This document shows, one piece after another, positions 61,451-64,000 of a stretch of DNA of 64,000 bases. A model generated the notes under the pieces. The model did no database searches, was not told the origin of the DNA, and was given only the letters and a program-made list of their open reading frames with translations. The stretch is from a virus (lineage: Duplodnaviria > Caudoviricetes): positions 224,001 through 288,000 of the IMG/VR virus record IMGVR_UViG_3300027804_000001; one strand, 5' to 3'. The translations under genes were made by a program, and so were the position numbers. The first letter of the stretch is position 1, and each line of letters starts with the position of its first letter.

Positions 61451-64000
61451 TATTCTGCTGTTGTAAATGCTCCTTTATCTCCAAACATTTCAATAAATTT
61501 ATCCATACCAGTTTTACCAGCTTTTAATCCAAAGTAAAACATAAATGGTGTTGACAAAATTTGATATCTACTCGTATAATAATCAATTGTTGGTCTTATT
61601 ATGAAGTCATCGGTATTGTTCCAAGCTTGTGAATGCCATCCATTCGTTATTGTTATTCCTTGATACGTTGTATTTCCCGATACAGGTCCAACTCTTGTAT
61701 GTAATGTTCCCGATGTTGGTGTTATTGTGTCACTATTAGAACTAACTAACACAGTAAAACCAGGGTATTCCGTATCATGTATTGTATGTGATGTTCCATA
61801 CGGTAAAATAGAATCAAAAATTAAATCGTTTGTTGCATTACCCGTATCTATTGTTAAACCACTAAACGTATAAGTCATAGGTAATAATAGATATTGATCT
61901 GAAGTATCATTCGGTGCGGATGTATATGCATAACCATATGTCATTCCCTGAAGTGGTTGTATTTGTGGATTACTGTAATCCCACGATTGGTTATCCACGG
62001 TTATATCATTATAGGGTCCAAATCCTGTACCTTTTTTATCCCACAAAAAGAATGGTACCTTTTGAGATGATTCTGTTAATCTTCCGGGCTCGTTTAAACA
62101 AGCTCTAACCCTTTCTCCATCTTCATCTAAATAAAGAGTAACTGGTAATGGTCCATATGTTGTTCCATTACTAAATACATTTTTTGTAGCTGGATCATCT
62201 GGATCTAAGAACTGATACGAATAACCCAAATATTTTGCATTTTGCAAATCAAATTCTTCAATACCCACTTCATTGTTTATTGAAATTAATTGCATAATAT
62301 CACCATCAAAAATCTTTTGGTTTGGTAAATTGAATCCACCATTATCAAAAAATCCATTAATACTAAAATCGTTATTACTAACATCAAGTCTGTAATTTAT
62401 TGCAAGACCTAATAACTCACCAAAACTTTGGAATGATGTTGGTCCTATTGCTCTACTTACTGAACAGTTAGGGTCTAATGATGGGTCTACACAAATTTCT
62501 TTTATAAACTCATCTCTTGGTCCTAAATCAACCATTGTGGTTGGTCTACCTAAGTATCTTGTTGGTTTAGAACTACCTTGCCATGATGTTAAACCCCAAG
62601 TGGAACCATTAAATCGAGATGATCTATAGTAAAACACACCTTGACTATTTGAATATCTAATTACATCTTCACAATATTTTCCTTTCTTTTCTTTGAATAA
62701 GAAAAAATATAACGAACCCGACAACCAGTTGTCTATATAAGAATAATTAACAATACCACCACAGAATAATTTAGATACTCTTTTTCTTCTTCTATATTCC
62801 TTTAATATTTTAAAAAGTTGTTGATTTGTTTGAGAACCAGGAACAATTACAAATACACCGTTTTTAAATTCAGATTGACCACTTGCTGTTTTTCTAATAT
62901 GTATGTCCCCCTCAAATGATTCCGCTAATTGGTATATATCGTTTCCATTGGTTTTATCACCATAAAAATACAACGTTTCGGTTATATCACTACCTTCGTC
63001 ATCTCTAGTTGGATTAAAGTTTGATGCTGAACCGTCTGCGTTTGATATATTTGTTGAAATAACATCCATACCAAGTGTGTAACTTGCAGGTGCAACTTTA
63101 ATTATAGTTGAACCGGATTTAACATTGTAATATGTAATTAGTGATTCATCATAAGGTGTGTCAAATAATTCACAACCACCTTCTATTTCAACTGTTGTTC
63201 CTGATGATGCAACATAATATTGTATATCAAAATTATATTGTCCATAATATTGACCGGTATAATCAACTAGTTCTAATTGTGTCGTATCACCAGTACTTAC
63301 TTGAAAAAATATAGATCCTGGTACTAAATTAACATATTCTAATGTGTCAGTACTTTGTAAAAAATAATCAAACTGATTTGCCACAAAGAACTCATTTTGT
63401 TCTTCAATTGTGGCACCATCTATTAAAACAGGTGGGGGTGTACATGTTGATGTTGATAAATAAGTCGGTGTACTTGGGTTTGAATTCGCTCCAATTATTG
63501 GAAATAATAATGAAATACTACCAACAGAACAATAAGATATATTTGCTTCTCCTGATGCAGGGACCTCACCAAATTCTAATTCATTACCATTCTCATCAGT
63601 GTTACAACTTTCACATTCAGGATAACTTATGAGATATAATTCTCTTTGATTATCTTCTTGTATGTTATAAGCAATTCTTTTTATCTCTCTACCAACTTTT
63701 CTAACCGGCCACACATCTGTTCTTCTACCTAATGCAAACATAAATCTTGTTATTGTATTAATAATTAAAATTGATATTAGATTTGCAATATGTTCAAACA
63801 ACAGTAAAACATCTGCAGCCAATAATTGGAATGTAAAATTTTTCGTTCCATAATTTACAGGTGGAGTTAAATTTTCTGAACAATCTTCTTCCTCTGTTGG
63901 GACTAACTCTTTTAAACCGATATATCTATCATTTCTAAATGATTCACTATCATAGTACATACTTTGAAAAGACGACACAGTGTAAACTTTGTTATATGTT
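61450..64000 (-). CDS. large putative virion structural protein, 5' end beyond the window
   Basis: Frame stays open from 63978 to the right edge (TYNKVYTVSSFQS...). Confidence 0.75.
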   Translation of the reverse strand, partial: TYNKVYTVSSFQSMYYDSESFRNDRYIGLKELVPTEEEDCSENLTPPVNYGTKNFTFQLLAADVLLLFEHIANLISILIINTITRFMFALGRRTDVWPVRKVGREIKRIAYNIQEDNQRELYLISYPECESCNTDENGNELEFGEVPASGEANISYCSVGSISLLFPIIGANSNPSTPTYLSTSTCTPPPVLIDGATIEEQNEFFVANQFDYFLQSTDTLEYVNLVPGSIFFQVSTGDTTQLELVDYTGQYYGQYNFDIQYYVASSGTTVEIEGGCELFDTPYDESLITYYNVKSGSTIIKVAPASYTLGMDVISTNISNADGSASNFNPTRDDEGSDITETLYFYGDKTNGNDIYQLAESFEGDIHIRKTASGQSEFKNGVFVIVPGSQTNQQLFKILKEYRRRKRVSKLFCGGIVNYSYIDNWLSGSLYFFLFKEKKGKYCEDVIRYSNSQGVFYYRSSRFNGSTWGLTSWQGSSKPTRYLGRPTTMVDLGPRDEFIKEICVDPSLDPNCSVSRAIGPTSFQSFGELLGLAINYRLDVSNNDFSINGFFDNGGFNLPNQKIFDGDIMQLISINNEVGIEEFDLQNAKYLGYSYQFLDPDDPATKNVFSNGTTYGPLPVTLYLDEDGERVRACLNEPGRLTESSQKVPFFLWDKKGTGFGPYNDITVDNQSWDYSNPQIQPLQGMTYGYAYTSAPNDTSDQYLLLPMTYTFSGLTIDTGNATNDLIFDSILPYGTSHTIHDTEYPGFTVLVSSNSDTITPTSGTLHTRVGPVSGNTTYQGITITNGWHSQAWNNTDDFIIRPTIDYYTSRYQILSTPFMFYFGLKAGKTGMDKFIEMFGDKGAFTTAE

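Noticed and set aside
1-64000. Stop-codon reassignment (alternative genetic code)
   Set aside because: Recognisable genes (SbcC, ClpP, sigma, NusG, primase) are full length under the standard bacterial code and tightly packed

Overview
AT-rich, densely packed 64 kb segment of a large tailed dsDNA phage (jumbo-phage-like, probably a myovirus). All real genes lie on the minus strand except a two-gene unit at 22269-23056. A Bacteroidota host is inferred from a Bacteroidota-type primary sigma factor, TTTG-N20-TATATT promoters, SD-less starts, an Hc1 histone-like protein, SprB repeats and D-(S/T)-hydrophobic sequons in envelope proteins. In transcription order (right to left): (i) 64000-41655, virion and baseplate genes, several with long Thr-Pro hexapeptide stalks; (ii) 41616-33052, replication and recombination (RuvC-like resolvase, primase, PD-(D/E)xK nuclease, SbcD, SbcC) with inserted accessory genes, ClpP and a candidate ~75-nt structured RNA; (iii) 32968-27941, envelope or lysis-like cassettes, a sigma-70 factor, a probable -1 slippage site and a degenerate amidase; (iv) 27951-18852, head-internal-like proteins, Hc1, DNA adenine methylase, NusG, AAA ATPase, thioredoxin and glutaredoxin; (v) 18765-3541, tail-fibre genes with very long proline-free Gly-(Ser/Thr)-Ser repeats and three tandem LamG genes; (vi) 3058-145, a glycosyltransferase/methyltransferase cluster. 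Leading novel candidates: a phage-encoded glycan coat on Ser/Thr-rich fibres, an atypical three-gene spanin-like cassette, the frameshifted membrane protein, the small RNA and the Hc1 gene. All family calls come from motif recognition by eye; no searches were run. No tRNA, rRNA, CRISPR array or mobile element was seen.
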